Assembly (NCBI GenBank): GCA_965178125.1
Contig: OZ237747.1
Coordinates: forward strand, 806,001 to 870,000
Source of the DNA: Bilabrum cf. latius
Lineage: Eukaryota
Direction: 5' to 3'
DNA: 64,000 nucleotides
In this document: positions 1-12,005 of the stretch, piece by piece
Position numbering within the stretch: position 1 is the first letter of the stretch
Layout: the number at the start of each line of letters is the position of its first letter
Notes under the pieces: model-generated
Databases searched by the model: none
What the model was told of the DNA's origin: nothing
The model's input: the letters and a program-made list of their open reading frames with translations, nothing else
Translations under genes and position numbers: made by a program

Positions 1-146
1 TCACGTGAGCACCGCCTGCCGATCGGAACCACTTGCACTTGCTAGTCGATGCACGCACTACGTGCGTGCGTGTTTGCTTGCTTGCATCGGATGCGTAGCA
101 CATTATAGTGACTTATAATTTAATGATATCTGCACCGCACCATGCT

Positions 147-1329
147 TCAGTCACTGCCATCCATTGGCGCGCTGCCTGTCGCAGACCCCGCTCCCTCGCC
201 CTCGTCCTCGCCCTCGTCATCCCCGACCAAATCACTCAGCAGCTGCAGCATAAAGGCTGGCCCCGAGCTTGCATCGAAGTTGATGGTGTTGGCATCGTGC
301 CCGTGCATGAACTCAGGCAGGACCTCCACACCCTTCAGCACCTGCACCTCGATCAGCCCAACGTCGTCCTCGTCCTCCCCAGATGCATCGGCAGAGGCAC
401 CGGATCCTCCCGTGCCCTCCTGGTCTGCTGGCAGCAGTCGGATCTCCATCTCGGCTTCGCCGTCCTCCGTGTCAAGAGAGCAGCGGAACGACTTTCCATC
501 AGCCCCCACAGATTCGGGCCAAAGCCCCGTGAATCGGTTGAATAGCTGCTTGATGGCCTCCAGGTCAGCAGAGGCCCTGCCAGTGGCAACTGTACCTGTG
601 CCAGCGGCAGAGGATGCAGATGAGGCAGAGGACGAGGAGCTACCCTGCGAGTCCAGCACTTGCATCAATTCCTGCTTTGTTCTCTCTGAGTGCTCCAGCT
701 TTCCCTAGAGGTCTTCCGCTCTGCTGCGCCACCTGCTCGCCTCGCCGTCGGCGCTTTGAAATAGTGCCGTCGACCGAATAACAGCTTCTGACGGGGCCGG
801 CGGATTCTCCTTCAGCGAGCGCAATTTATGGGATGTCTTGGCAAGCTTCTCTCGCGTCTCTTCCAATTCTTGTCGCAAAGCATCGACTGCGGCGCGTTCT
901 GCTTCCCGCTCCGCCGAAACAGCAGCTTCAAGTTCAGCTAGCTGCTCGGCTGCCTTTGAATTCTTCAAAGAGCGAAATTCATCTATTCCTGACTTGACAT
1001 CTTCAGATGCTTTAGCATACTGCAGATGGAGTGGCATACATACTATGCGATTCGGGATGGGGTTTGTGTACGATGTTACCGCGAGCAGACCAACGCAGCG
1101 TTTCGCTCACTTTTTCCGTAACACCCGAGGTATCACAAAGATTATCAAGCACAGATAGTGCTCTTTCGTGATCAAAGCCTGGCAGCACCGACGCATCACC
1201 AGCCCTTCCAGCCTTCGGAACCTGAGCGAGCATTCGCCCATCGCCAGCAAACACGCTCACCCCCGTTGCATCTAGCGCATTAGGGATAGACTCAGCGCGA
1301 GACGACTTCTTACCGGCTTTCTTCGGCAT
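147..1329 (-). CDS. Coiled-coil protein with C-terminal Csm1/Pcs1 (monopolin)-like RWD domain; exons 1329-1111 and 1019-147; 1 in-frame TAG
   Basis: ATG at 1329; phase-0 intron 1110-1020 (GTGAGC...CTGCAG, 91 nt). ORFs 705-1037 and 147-668 share a frame and are separated only by TAG at 705-707. A coiled coil is followed by 'LFNRFTGL...FRC...LPEFM...INFD...PAFMLQLL', which resembles Csm1/Titan9. Ends TGA. Confidence 0.55.
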
Positions 1330-1444
1330 AGCACGGAAAGTCTGCATCTTGCAGTTCGTCGATGAAACGGTCGGCAACTCTTTTCAAAAGTGCACGCTAC
1401 CCTGCACAGTTGCACGTGGGCCAAACTACGGCAACAGCAGGGCC

Positions 1445-2138
1445 ATGTTTGCAGCTCCGCTTTGGTTATCATAGCTAGCAGGTAAAACTACTGGTGTTCT
1501 TGCCCGGCACAAGCAAGGGTTCTTTAATCTGTTTATTGGAACGAGTTGCATCGTCCTATCAGTCCGGAGTATCTCCAAGGAGGTAAGATTCGACTGAGCT
1601 GGAGACTCGTACGCCGTTTAGATTTAAGGAATGCACGATCAATGCGTGCTTCTATCCAATTACCCCGACGCAGCATAAAATTGCCAAGCTAGAGAGACGA
1701 GTAGCCCAACAGAAGGAGGAGGCAGCATACTTGAAGCACCTCCTTTGCGACGATAGCAGCGAATGGTCAAGAAGATTAGGAGGCGACTCACTAAGCGTAA
1801 TTCAGTACATTCGGTCGGGCTTCTAGCTTGCCGAAGCTAGAATTTAGGACGACGGTCGCGCCGTCAAGAGCATAGGATTCGACTACGATCGCGGCCAGAC
1901 GATTGAAGAGAAAGAACTCGTCCCTTCGCGGCCCGCTGGCAGCGCCCTTGGCCTATGGTAGTTGAGTAGCGAGGAGGATGAACAGGCTGGTGCCGTGGAG
2001 AGCGAGGGCAGGGACGGCGCGCAAGGGGGTGGGGCCGACCACACCACCCAGGACGCAAGGTAGGCTGCTGCTGCAGAACAAACGCAGGCCTCGAAAGGCA
2101 CCGCTAGAAAGACTGCTCCAGAAGGGGGCTTGTTGTGA
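1445..2138 (+). CDS. Hypothetical ~200 aa protein (N-terminal basic/hydrophobic segment then coiled coil), absent from the ORF track; exons 1445-1582 and 1674-2138; 5 in-frame TAG
   Basis: ATG 1445, phase-0 intron 1583-1673 (GTAAGA...CGCAG, 91 nt). The frame stays open to TGA 2136-2138 if TAG is sense: MFAAPLWLSQLAGK...SKE|HKIAKLERRVAQQKEEAAYLKHLL... Confidence 0.65.
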
Positions 2139-2486
2139 TCCGTGGGGTGCATAGCGAACAGACTTGCACAGACGTTGTGTCGGCTCAGCTCCTCCAACGC
2201 CAACACCCCCACCCTCTTGAAAATCCGATCAGATGAGGCTAAGCGAGTATTGCGTAGCTACCCTTGGATACAGCCACGTGTTGATTGGCGCACTCTAAAC
2301 AACTGGAATGTAGACTGGGACTGACCGAGCCTGTCTCGAAAATGAAACCGGAAGTGCGGCATGGCCGCGATTTTGCCGCCAGAGCGTTCCTGCGGCACAA
2401 GATTCGAGCAAATACCAAGCAATTTTCTCGGTAAAGACTGCATTGTTTGGGATAAATCGCATTTGAGCTCATTTAAGTGGATCGAA

Positions 2487-5400
2487 ATGAGTAAGGAAGG
2501 CCAGGGGTCGGCAGCAAAGCCATCTGAAGCCTCCGGAGCGGCGTTCTCACCCCCTCCCCTCCCACCGAGCGCACCACCGCGGCTGAATGCCGCGGACGAG
2601 CCATTTTTCATGGCATTTCCTAGTAATGAGGATTTAGGGGCTGCTGGGGGCGTAGACATTGACCTGGGCGGGGCTTGGGGGGTTCGCAACGCGCAGCCAG
2701 TCGGATCCTCCGTTCTTCCCGGGGTTGTTGTGGGGTCTGGAGATGTAGTGGGCGGCGATTCGCATGCCGCGCCCGAACCAAGTAAGGCTGAGGATGGGTC
2801 CGGCAAGTTGGAGACGGAGTATGTACGATTCAAGAAGCGAGGGCGCGGCACGAAGGGATCGAGCGGCAGCGACCACGAAAGCGACGGAGACGGCGATGAT
2901 GAAGCAGAAGACGCCGCCGACGACGGATCTGATAGACAATCAGGTCACGATCAAGCTGCGGGATAGCCAGCATCTGGTGCCGGCTCCAGCGGTGGCGCAA
3001 GCCGCGCTGCCGATGCGCGGGGCAGCGGCGCCTCCGATTCTAGGCAAGATGGCGCGGCTCCTGCCGGCGGAAAGCCGCGCGATGCCGCAGATGCATCACC
3101 AGAAAGGGGTTCTGCTTAGCGCGGCGGCAAGTCTGGCGCGAGTAGCCGCGGCCGGGACCGGAAGGGGTCCCACGGCGGCAGCGGGCACGGTTTCAGCGAG
3201 GAGCTGCAGGATGGAGAGGGCAAGGGTTCCGGAGGCGGCGGCAAGTTCGATCCTTTGTGGGCCTAGGAAGAGGCAAGGGCCGCGGTGGAGGCGGGCGAGC
3301 TCCTCCTCGGCCGCATCCGGATCAACGGCAAGAAGCGCGACCAGGCCTACGTGATCATCCCCGGCATGGACGTGGACGTGCTCGTGGACGGGGTGAGGGA
3401 GAGGAATCGCGTCCTGAACGGAGACGTGGTGGCCGTGCAGCTCTCCGCTCCCGATTCGTGGAAGGAGAAAGGCGTGAAGATGTCTTCTTCCGCCTCGGAG
3501 GCGGAGGCGCCCAAGGGCTTCCAGAGGAGGCGGACGGTTCCGGGCGGCATCGCTGCGAAGGGTGCATCGCACGGTGGTGCGGGCGGTGGTGAGGACGGCG
3601 AAGACGGCGGGTCCACGCCAGCGGCGCCCACGCCGCTGCCAAAGGCAGAGGTCATCGCCGACCCTGGGCATGCAGGCCCTGCCAGCGGCAGCGGTGCGGC
3701 CACGGCCGGCGACGGCACGTGGGTGGAGGGCGGCGAGGAAGAGGAAGAAGAAGTTGTGCCGCCCACTCGTCACTTCGACAACACCCGGCTGTACGGCGAA
3801 GAGCACGAGGCCAACCAGCTCTGGAGACCGCGGTTTGACGTGGTGGCCGCGGAGGCCAGGCGCCGGGAGGCCGCGAGGCTGACTGCCTAGCCCGACGGGG
3901 AGGATGGGCCTGCGCTGGAGATGCCCCTGCTGCCGAGCCAGCTGCGCGGAGTGCCCGTGCCCCGGGACTCGGACCCCTACAAGCTTGCGATCGCGCGCGC
4001 CAACAAGATGACCGACGGTGGCCGGTTCCGGCCAACAGCCAGGGTCAGGGCCCTCATGGGCCTGGGTCACAACCGCATCGCCGTGGGCCTCCTCAGACCG
4101 ATGGGATGCCCGCCCAAGAAGGTGGACCACGCGGCCCTTCGTGAGCCGGTGCCTGCCAGTGACTGGAACCTGAGGCTGGAGCCCCTGGACGACAGGGTAC
4201 CATTCGTGATGGTGTCGGTGAAGGACGCCCCCGAGGAGTTCCTCAAGTGCCCCCACGACTTCAAGACCACGGTGTTCAAGGCCCGGATCTCAACCCGGTG
4301 GAACATCAGGCATTCGTTCCCGCAGGGGCAGCTGGACGGCGTGATCGGCGTTTCCGGCCAGATCGCGGCGGAAGAGGAGATGTACCTGATCCAGAACGAC
4401 ATCAAGGATGAACCTTTCTCCGATGAAGTCAACGAGGAGATGCTTCCATTCGCCTCCAAGGAGGTGGAGAAGGAGGACGGCACGATGGACAAGGTGCCGT
4501 GGCGCGCACCAGAGGAAGAGAGGGCGAGGAGGAGGGACTTTAGGGAACACAGGGTGTTCACCATCGACCCCACGACGGCAAGGGACCTCGACGACGCCCT
4601 GCACATCAAGCCTCTGGGGGATGGGCTGTACGAGCTGGGCGTGCACATTGCCGACGTGTCCTACTTTGTGGAACCGCACACGAACGTCGACGAGGAGGCG
4701 AGGGACAGGTGCACCTCCACCTACCTCGTGGGCCGAGTGATCCCCATGCTGCCGCGCATCCTCTGCGAGGAGCAGTGCTCGCTGAACCCCAACGTGGAGA
4801 GGCTCACGTTCTCGGTGACGTGGGTGATGAAGGAGGACGGCACGATGGCAGAGGACCATAAGCCCTGGTTCGGGCGCGGGATGATCCGGAGCTGCTGCAA
4901 GCTGGACTACCCCACGGCGCAGCACATGATCGAGGGATCCATCCACGACGGCATTGCGGACGGGAAGGACGGCGGGGTGCCGGAAGAGCTGTGGGAGGCG
5001 GCGCGTCGGCCGGGCGGAAGCCACACGGAGGCCGGAGTCATCCACGACGTGCTGGCAATGAACACGATCGCGGTGGCTCGGCGGGCCAAGCGATTCGCCA
5101 ACGGCGCGCTGGCCCTGCACCGCAGCAAGCTGAGGCTCAAGCTGGGCGAGGACGGTCTCCCGCACCAGGCCGAGACGTATCCCATCAAGGACTCGAACCG
5201 TCTCATCGAGGAGTACATGCTCATGGCCAACTACCTCGTCGCGGAGAAGCTGTCCATGGAGTGCGGAGAGATCGCAGTGCTGAGGATGCACCCGCCGCCG
5301 CTGCCCGACCGCGCAGGCCAGGTGGTGCAGATGGCCAAGCAGCTGGGACTGGAGAACTTCCGCTGGGAGGACGCGGGCAGCCTCCACGAGTCGCTGACCA

Positions 5401-6518
5401 GGATCGGGAAGGTGGCTCCGCAGGTGAGGGAGTTCCTAGAGACGCTCACCATGGGACCCATGCAGTCTGCGCAGTACTTCTGCACGGGCGATGTGCCGCC
5501 CACAGCGTGGGCCCATTACGCGCTGGCCATTCCCTACTACACGCATTTCACCAGCCCGATCCGTCGGTACGCCGATGTGATGGTGCATCGGCTGCTTCAA
5601 GCCTCTCTGGACGGCGAGGAGGCGATCGCGGCACTGAAGGCCACGGACTCTGCCAACCACGTGCGGCAGCAGTGCGCCAGGTGCAACGAGAAGAAGGAGG
5701 CCGCGAAGAAGGCGGGCGACGATTCGTCCAAGGCCTACATGTGCGTGTACCTGCAGCACAACCCCACGATCCTCGATGCTGCTGTGCACGACGTGCGAGG
5801 CTCCCGCTTCGCCAAGGCTGCCATCCCTTCGTGGGGTCTGGAGGCCCGGCTTGAGTTCGAGAGGTTTGGGGCGGAGGCCGACTTCCACGAGGAGAGTGGG
5901 ACGGTGACTCTGCGTCCCATGGTGCCTCCCGACGCACCCGAGGCCAAGGCAGCGGTGGCTAGTCTCACGAGTGAGGAGCTGGAGGCCATGGGTGGATCCA
6001 TGGACCCGCCGGCGCCAGGCAGCCTCTCCTGGGTCGAGAAGGATGGTGCGGCTGACGGTGCTGCTGCCGGGAGCGGTTCCGGTGCGGCTGATCCTGGTGC
6101 TAGTGATGCTGCTGGAGGCGCTGATGGAAGCGGATCCGTCCCCGCTCGCGTGAAGCCGTACCCTCTTGCGGTGACCCTGGGGGCGCTCAGCACATGCAAG
6201 GTCCTGCTGCTGGCCCGCACTGACGTGGTGCCGATCTCCTTCGAGGCCGTGCCGATGCCGCTGCTGGCGTGGCGCCGCGCGTGCCCGCCGGAGCGCGTGG
6301 CAGGCATGAAGGAAGAGGAGGCCAAGCACAGGCGCGGGCGAGACGGTGGGCGTGGCCGCGGCGGTGGTGGCGGGCATGGGCATGGGCATGGGCATGGGCG
6401 GCGCCGTGATGGGCATCGGGGTGGGAGGCGGCAGGAGAGGGGCAGGCGGGGGTCTGGGGATGGTGGGTCGTCTGGCAGCAAGAAGGGTGGCAGTGGGGCT
6501 GGGAGCTGGAGGGGTTGA
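2487..6518 (+). CDS. DIS3L2: DIS3-like exonuclease 2 (RNase II/RNB family); 4 in-frame TAG; alternative start at 2361
   Basis: ORFs 2361, 3285 and 3921 are in one frame, broken only by TAGs at 2964, 3117, 3264 and 3888. CSD 'GRIRIN...RNRVLNGDVVAV', catalytic 'FTIDPTTARDLDDALH', 'HYALAIPYYTHFTSPIRRYAD'; no PIN domain; ends TGA. Confidence 0.9.
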
Positions 6519-6854
6519 TTTGCTCGTTCCAATAGCCTGGTCGTGGGTGTATGCATGGTAATTGCCTGCCAGCTTATCAACAGGTAATACAGTACAGGTT
6601 GTATGGCTAGACTTCAGGTCGCATCCTATGGTGTGGTGCGTATCCGTCTGGACCCTGCCGCTGGGTCGCGGTCAGGGTGCTACCGTCAGTAGCACTAGGG
6701 GTTGTCCATGGAGAATCCCGGATCCGGGTTCGGCTTCGATACCATACACAACTTCCACATCAACTGCACGACACACCGAATTAAACCGACATTGTAATCC
6801 CAAAATACTTAGTATTACATCTGAAGCCGGGGGTAATTCCTATCGCGGAGTCCA

Positions 6855-9800
6855 ATGCCAGGAATCGATGAGCTCGTTGCCCAGCTAGGCTCAAGCGAGG
6901 ACGGCCAGCCTGAAGCAGCAGCCGAACAGCTATCTGACTTGCTCGTAGACTCCAATGATCAGAAATGGCTTGCAGTGGAGGCGGGTGCGGTCCCTGCACT
7001 AGTGGGGCTGTTGCGATCAGAGATTGGCCAGCTGGCCGAGAGCGCTGCACGGGCAATCAGCCACATCGCATGGGGCGACGATGCATGCAAGCAGGCCATC
7101 GCCAACGCACCAGGCGCCATCGCTGCACTGGGCGCGCTCATGGCATCCACCAAGGGGCACGAGGCGGAGCATGCTGCCTCGGCGCTGGCTGGCTTTTGCC
7201 GCAGCTCTGTGTCTCTACGGCAAGCGGTGGCCCGCGATGGCCACCTGGAGCATGTGCAGCGCATGTTGGCATCTGCCAGGGGCAATGAGGCGGAGAATGC
7301 TGCGTTGCTGTGCATGAATGTGGCAGCAGACTGTCTCGAGGGCAGGCATGCCTCACTGGATGCTGGCGTGCTACCAGGGCTGGTCAGGCTGCTCGTGTCT
7401 GAGAGGGGCAAGGAGGCCGAGTATGCGGCACGGGCGGTGGGCAGAGTCGCATGGGGCAAGTATGCGCGCAATTCGCATTTATCAGAAACGAAAGGCGCCA
7501 TCGCTGTCCTGTGTCAATACATGGCTCATGCTAGATAGAAAGAGGTGGAGCGCATCACAAATGCGATCGGCTCAGTATGCATTGAGTGTCGGGGGGTACT
7601 CCAATCAGGTAGTTCTGTGTTATCCTTGATTGCAGAGATCGTCCACACCGACGGTGAACCTGAGGTGGCCCAAGCCGCCCGCATTTTAGCGAGCATTTCT
7701 AGGTGTAATCAAGCCTGCAAGTCCGTTGTGCTAGCAAGCGGAACGGTACCGCGCTTGGTGCAGCTGCTGCGTTCCGGTGTTGGAGATAGAGCGCAGTATG
7801 CCGTTGAGGCAGTGCAGGCATTGGCTAGTGGCAGCGCAAGTTGCAGGCAAGCGCTTGTTAATGCAGGTGCAGCTACAACTCTAAGCTGTATAATGGAATC
7901 ATGGCAGACACCATTGCGATTGTGCGCTGCTAGAGCGTTTGGAAGCCTGTGCAAAGGCAACGCAGTCCTACTCGCCAGAGCCATCCCAGGTGAGAAGATT
8001 GATGGGATTCTTGCTGGGCTGCTATCGAGCGACAATAGGCAGGCCACACGTTCTACATTGCTTTGCGTGGCCATCGCTTGCAGTGGAATAGCCGGAGCAC
8101 ATCGATTGATACAAGCAGGTGCGTTGGTAGGACTCACCAGACTACTTCGCAAGAATACGGGAGAGCCCGCCTAGTATGCCGCGATTGCCATCAGTACAAT
8201 GTCTTACAGAGACACTGCCTATGAAGTTGCCGCGCTTGGACTCTCAAATGAAGGGCAATCCGATTGTCCTGGATCTGCTGTATCCGAGCGCAGTCACAGA
8301 GTGCTTCAGGCCGTTGCAAGCCTAGAGCTGATGCGCAGAGGTTGCAAAGGCTACCAGCGGATGGTGGGTTGCGACGGAAAGCTAGCGTACCTCATCCACA
8401 TGTTGAATTCCTCTCAGGATAATGAAACAGCATATGCCGCCGAAATTTGCTATCATGTTGCTCTAGGAACCACTGTGGGATGCCGGGCTATACTGGACAT
8501 TGGCGCTCTACCGGGTCTCGTCCTTGCGTTGGACCGAAAGAAACACGGTTCCAAAGCAGTCCACAATGCTGCAGCCGCACTCCAAGCAATTGCAATGGCG
8601 CCTTTCGGCCCATCTGCAATTGCTGCTACGCCAGGTGCTATTCATGCACTAGTGGATGCAATGTCGCACAACCCAAGCGGTATGGTACAGAGGCAGGCAG
8701 CGGCAGCTCTTGCAGGGATTGCAGCAAGCAGGCTATATACTCGAGACGCCCTCGTGCAGCCAGACGTTATCAAGGCCCTCATCAGTGCCATGCAATCAGG
8801 CGACAATGTACTGCAAGAGACCTGCTGTCACATTTGCCACCTGCTCGTGGATCGAAATCGAAGATGCAAGTAGACTTTGATTGACCTCAACGCTATGCCG
8901 ACGCTAGCTCGACTCGCAGATGCGTCAAATAGCTGGCTCATAGCGGAAAACGCCCGTGCTACTCTGGAGGCTGTGGCATACGGCGATAATTTGTTGTGCT
9001 CGTCGCCAATGCCAACGCAGAAGCTGATTGCGATATAGTCTCAATTGATTGCTGGTGATGACGTGGAGGCCTCGCGAGCCACTTGGCAGATTCTAGTTAT
9101 GGCTGCATGCGGAGGGAAGAGATTGTAGACGATAGCCAGCTCCGAAGTAATACATGCCTTGTTTGTTCGCATGCATTCACTTCCCGATCTCGCGTATACC
9201 GATGCCGAGAAGGCCATCAGCGCAATCATCAAGGGATCACACGCACGCAAGCGAGTCAGGCTTCACGGTGACTTAATCGGTTGCCTTGCAGAGCAGATAG
9301 AAGCGGTTACGTCGCATGAGTCTGTCTTGAAGGCATGTAATGCACTCGTGCTGCTGATGCGCGAGTCCCTTCTGCGTGATAGCACATTCCGAGATCGAGT
9401 GCTACCTGGTGTGGTGCACGCGCTGGGCCTCCCCAGCGTCAATGTCAGAAGCAGCGCGCTGGAGGTACTGTTGGCCGCATGCTTTGCATCCATGGAAGGT
9501 GGCGCTTTGGTATCACAAACCGCAGTAGTGCCGGCTCTGCGACACTCCATGCTGCTATCAGGGGCAACTGAGGACCACAAGAGGCGATCGCTGCAGGTGA
9601 TGCTGCATGTGCTGCGTCAGAGCGACGATGCTCGCATGGAGCTTGCCGGGAGCGGCGAGACCCTGAGGGCGGTGGTCGATGCCAGCAGTAACAATGGCGG
9701 AGATGTCCAGGAACTGGCCTGTCTGTGCTTGTCCTGCTGCCTGATGGGATCCGACGAATGCAAGCGGGCGGTTTGCGATGTAGGCGGGCTGAAGCCTGTC

Positions 9801-9920
9801 GTGGAATGCCTGCAGACATGTCGGGGTTGCCTGTCTTTGGAGCTGCGAGACGCGTTGCAGAGAACTGCAGAGGCCTCAGAGGAGTTCAGGCAGTCTGTTG
9901 TAGCAGCTGGCTTCCGGTGA
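6855..9920 (+). CDS. Armadillo-repeat protein (~1,021 aa); 5 in-frame TAG
   Basis: ORFs 6855, 7545, 8199 and 9159 are in one frame, with TAGs at 7536, 8172, 8871, 9036 and 9126. Repeated 'AGAVPALVGLL...AA.A+..+A' ARM motifs run across the TAGs; ends TGA. Confidence 0.85.
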
Positions 9921-9983
9921 CCACGTGAGTCATTGAAACAAGCAAGTAGACCATACGAAGATCCTAGCTCATTCAATCGTGTA

Positions 9984-10662
9984 TCAAGCAAACGGTGGCT
10001 TCCCCATGTCTCTAAGCAGCCAAAGGTACTGCACTGTCCTGGCCCCCGTCTCGTCTCTCACTGTCACCACCTCGACTGCTTCTCCATAGATCGAACTGTG
10101 GACCCTGCCCTTGGCTGGCAGTGCAGCGTGCTTCTTGTGCGATACACCAGGAGTATCAGTGCCGAGTCCTCCTGGCACTGTGCTAGTTGCAGCAGCAGCT
10201 TGCTTCTCGCTTGCAGGTTTGGCATTCGGCCCCGCAGAGTCACTTCGAACCTCAGCATGTCGCCTTTTCATCACGAACACCTGGAAAAGAACGTCCTTGC
10301 CCACCTTCGGCACGACGTCTACTCTCCTTGTGATCTCTAGCCCGCTTGCCGCCGCTGCATGGTACACCCTGGCTCCCTCGAGGGCGGTCTCGCACACGAT
10401 GAAGCGGCCGCTGCCGTCCCACTGCTCCCGCTCCACGCGTCTCATTGCGTCTTGCACACCGTGCCTGCGGGCATGCTTTGACGCTGCTGCGGTCGATGAC
10501 GCACCAGCCCCGCTCGAGGCAGGGGCCTCTGGCTCGGCAATTGCTGGCATGATGTCAGGAATGGGAGGGTATTTATCGGGCCATCCTCCCTCTGTCGGCT
10601 CATCGTGCTTGCGGGTGGTGCTGCGACCAGACTCGCTAGAGGCACGGACTGTGCTGCTGCTG

Positions 10663-10694
<32 letters not shown>

Positions 10695-11867
10695 TGAAGC
10701 AGGACCAGGCGCCGAACACAACAAATCTCCAGCAGACGCAGTGAGCCCTGAAGAGCAGTCGCGACCAGAAACAGCAGCCGTGCCAGTAGCATCGTCCCCA
10801 GCAGCTGCTCCCCCAGCCATACCAGAGGAAGGAGACTATTCCAATGGTGCATCGATCAGCAAGCGTGCAGCAGTGTTGCAATATGCCTCGATGCCTCCAC
10901 GAGCCTCGAACAAGCAGGCGGCGCTCTCGGCGTCGGCGGGCGCGCCACCAGCGTTGGGCAGGAAGTAGGGCGGTGTGCCCGTGACCAGCTGGAACCGCCT
11001 GCCCTCCGGCAGCACCTTCTCAGGCTCACGGAGGTCACCATGCCGGATGCGGATGCGAGGCATCACTGATGGGGCGGTGCCTTCGCCTGCCGCTATGCCG
11101 CCTGCAGATTCGCCTGCAAATGCACCGCCAGATTCCGTGGGTCCGAAGTCGGTTGCCGTGTCAAGCAGCTCGGCCAGCTCACCAAACTCGGCTTTCTCGG
11201 CTGGGACGCTCGAAGATGCTTTCAATTCGATGCTAGAAGATGTGTCGGTGGGTTTTGCAGCCATGATGCCCATATTGAAGGCAGCCGATCGTCGGGCCAG
11301 CCGAACCCTCGCTGCCTGTGCCTCGACGCCGATGCTGCGGCTGGATGGCAACAACCAGTTAACGAAGAGCAGTACGCTTCCAATTCCACAACCAATATCA
11401 GCATGAAGAATTTCCGTCATTCCGAGCCTGTGGGCCTCTCTCCACGCCACCCAAGCGGTCACCACGTCGTCGGTCGAGTACCGATGGCGCTTCCTGGGCT
11501 AGAGTATGCGCTATTTTCCAAGCGCACCGCACCATTCTCCGTGCATATATCCCTCCTTTTCAATGTTTGTCTCTGCAGTAGGCTCTGGGCCAGGTGCGAT
11601 CCAGCCTTTCAAGTCTGCCAGTTTCATGGTGCGTGCCCTCTTTGCGGCTGGGGGAGCGCCGTCAGATTTCGGGGCGCTTCTTGCAAGCGTACCCCGTCCA
11701 TTACACACAGTACATGGCTGTTTTATTACTGGGCGAGGGCCCTTCTTGCCGGATTTCTTAAATTCCATTTTCTTCGGCCTTGTTTCAACATGCCCTAGTC
11801 CATTGCATTTCCAGCACTGCCCAGGCTTCTTGCCATCCGCATATGACCCTACAGCGGCATCGTCCAT
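9984..11867 (-). CDS. SAM-dependent methyltransferase, TrmN6/YfiC (tRNA1Val m6A37)-like, with N-terminal CxxCxG zinc-finger pair; 3 in-frame TAG
   Basis: 'CWKCNG...CTVCNG', 'RIL*PRKRHRYSTDDV', motif I 'DIGCGIGSV', motif IV-like 'TGTPPYF'; TAGs at 11511, 11499 and 10836; ends TGA. Confidence 0.75.
10652..10693. repeat. (CTG)n trinucleotide tract encoding poly-Ser in the methyltransferase
   Basis: Directly visible; reads (AGC)n on the coding strand. Confidence 0.85.
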
Positions 11868-12005
11868 ATTCGATTCAATGGTTTGCGTATCGGAGCGCAA
11901 CAAATTAATCACCAGTGATGCTTTAGTGGCCCTCTGGAATGTCGTGACAAGTGCAACTTGCTTGGTCCATGATTCCCGACATCGATAATAAATAAAACGG
12001 GCGCC

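Noticed and set aside
3096-6580. Long antisense and alternate-frame ORFs over DIS3L2 (and similar ones over EFL1, the hemerythrin gene and others)
   Set aside because: These are shadow ORFs expected from high GC3; they have no recognisable motifs.
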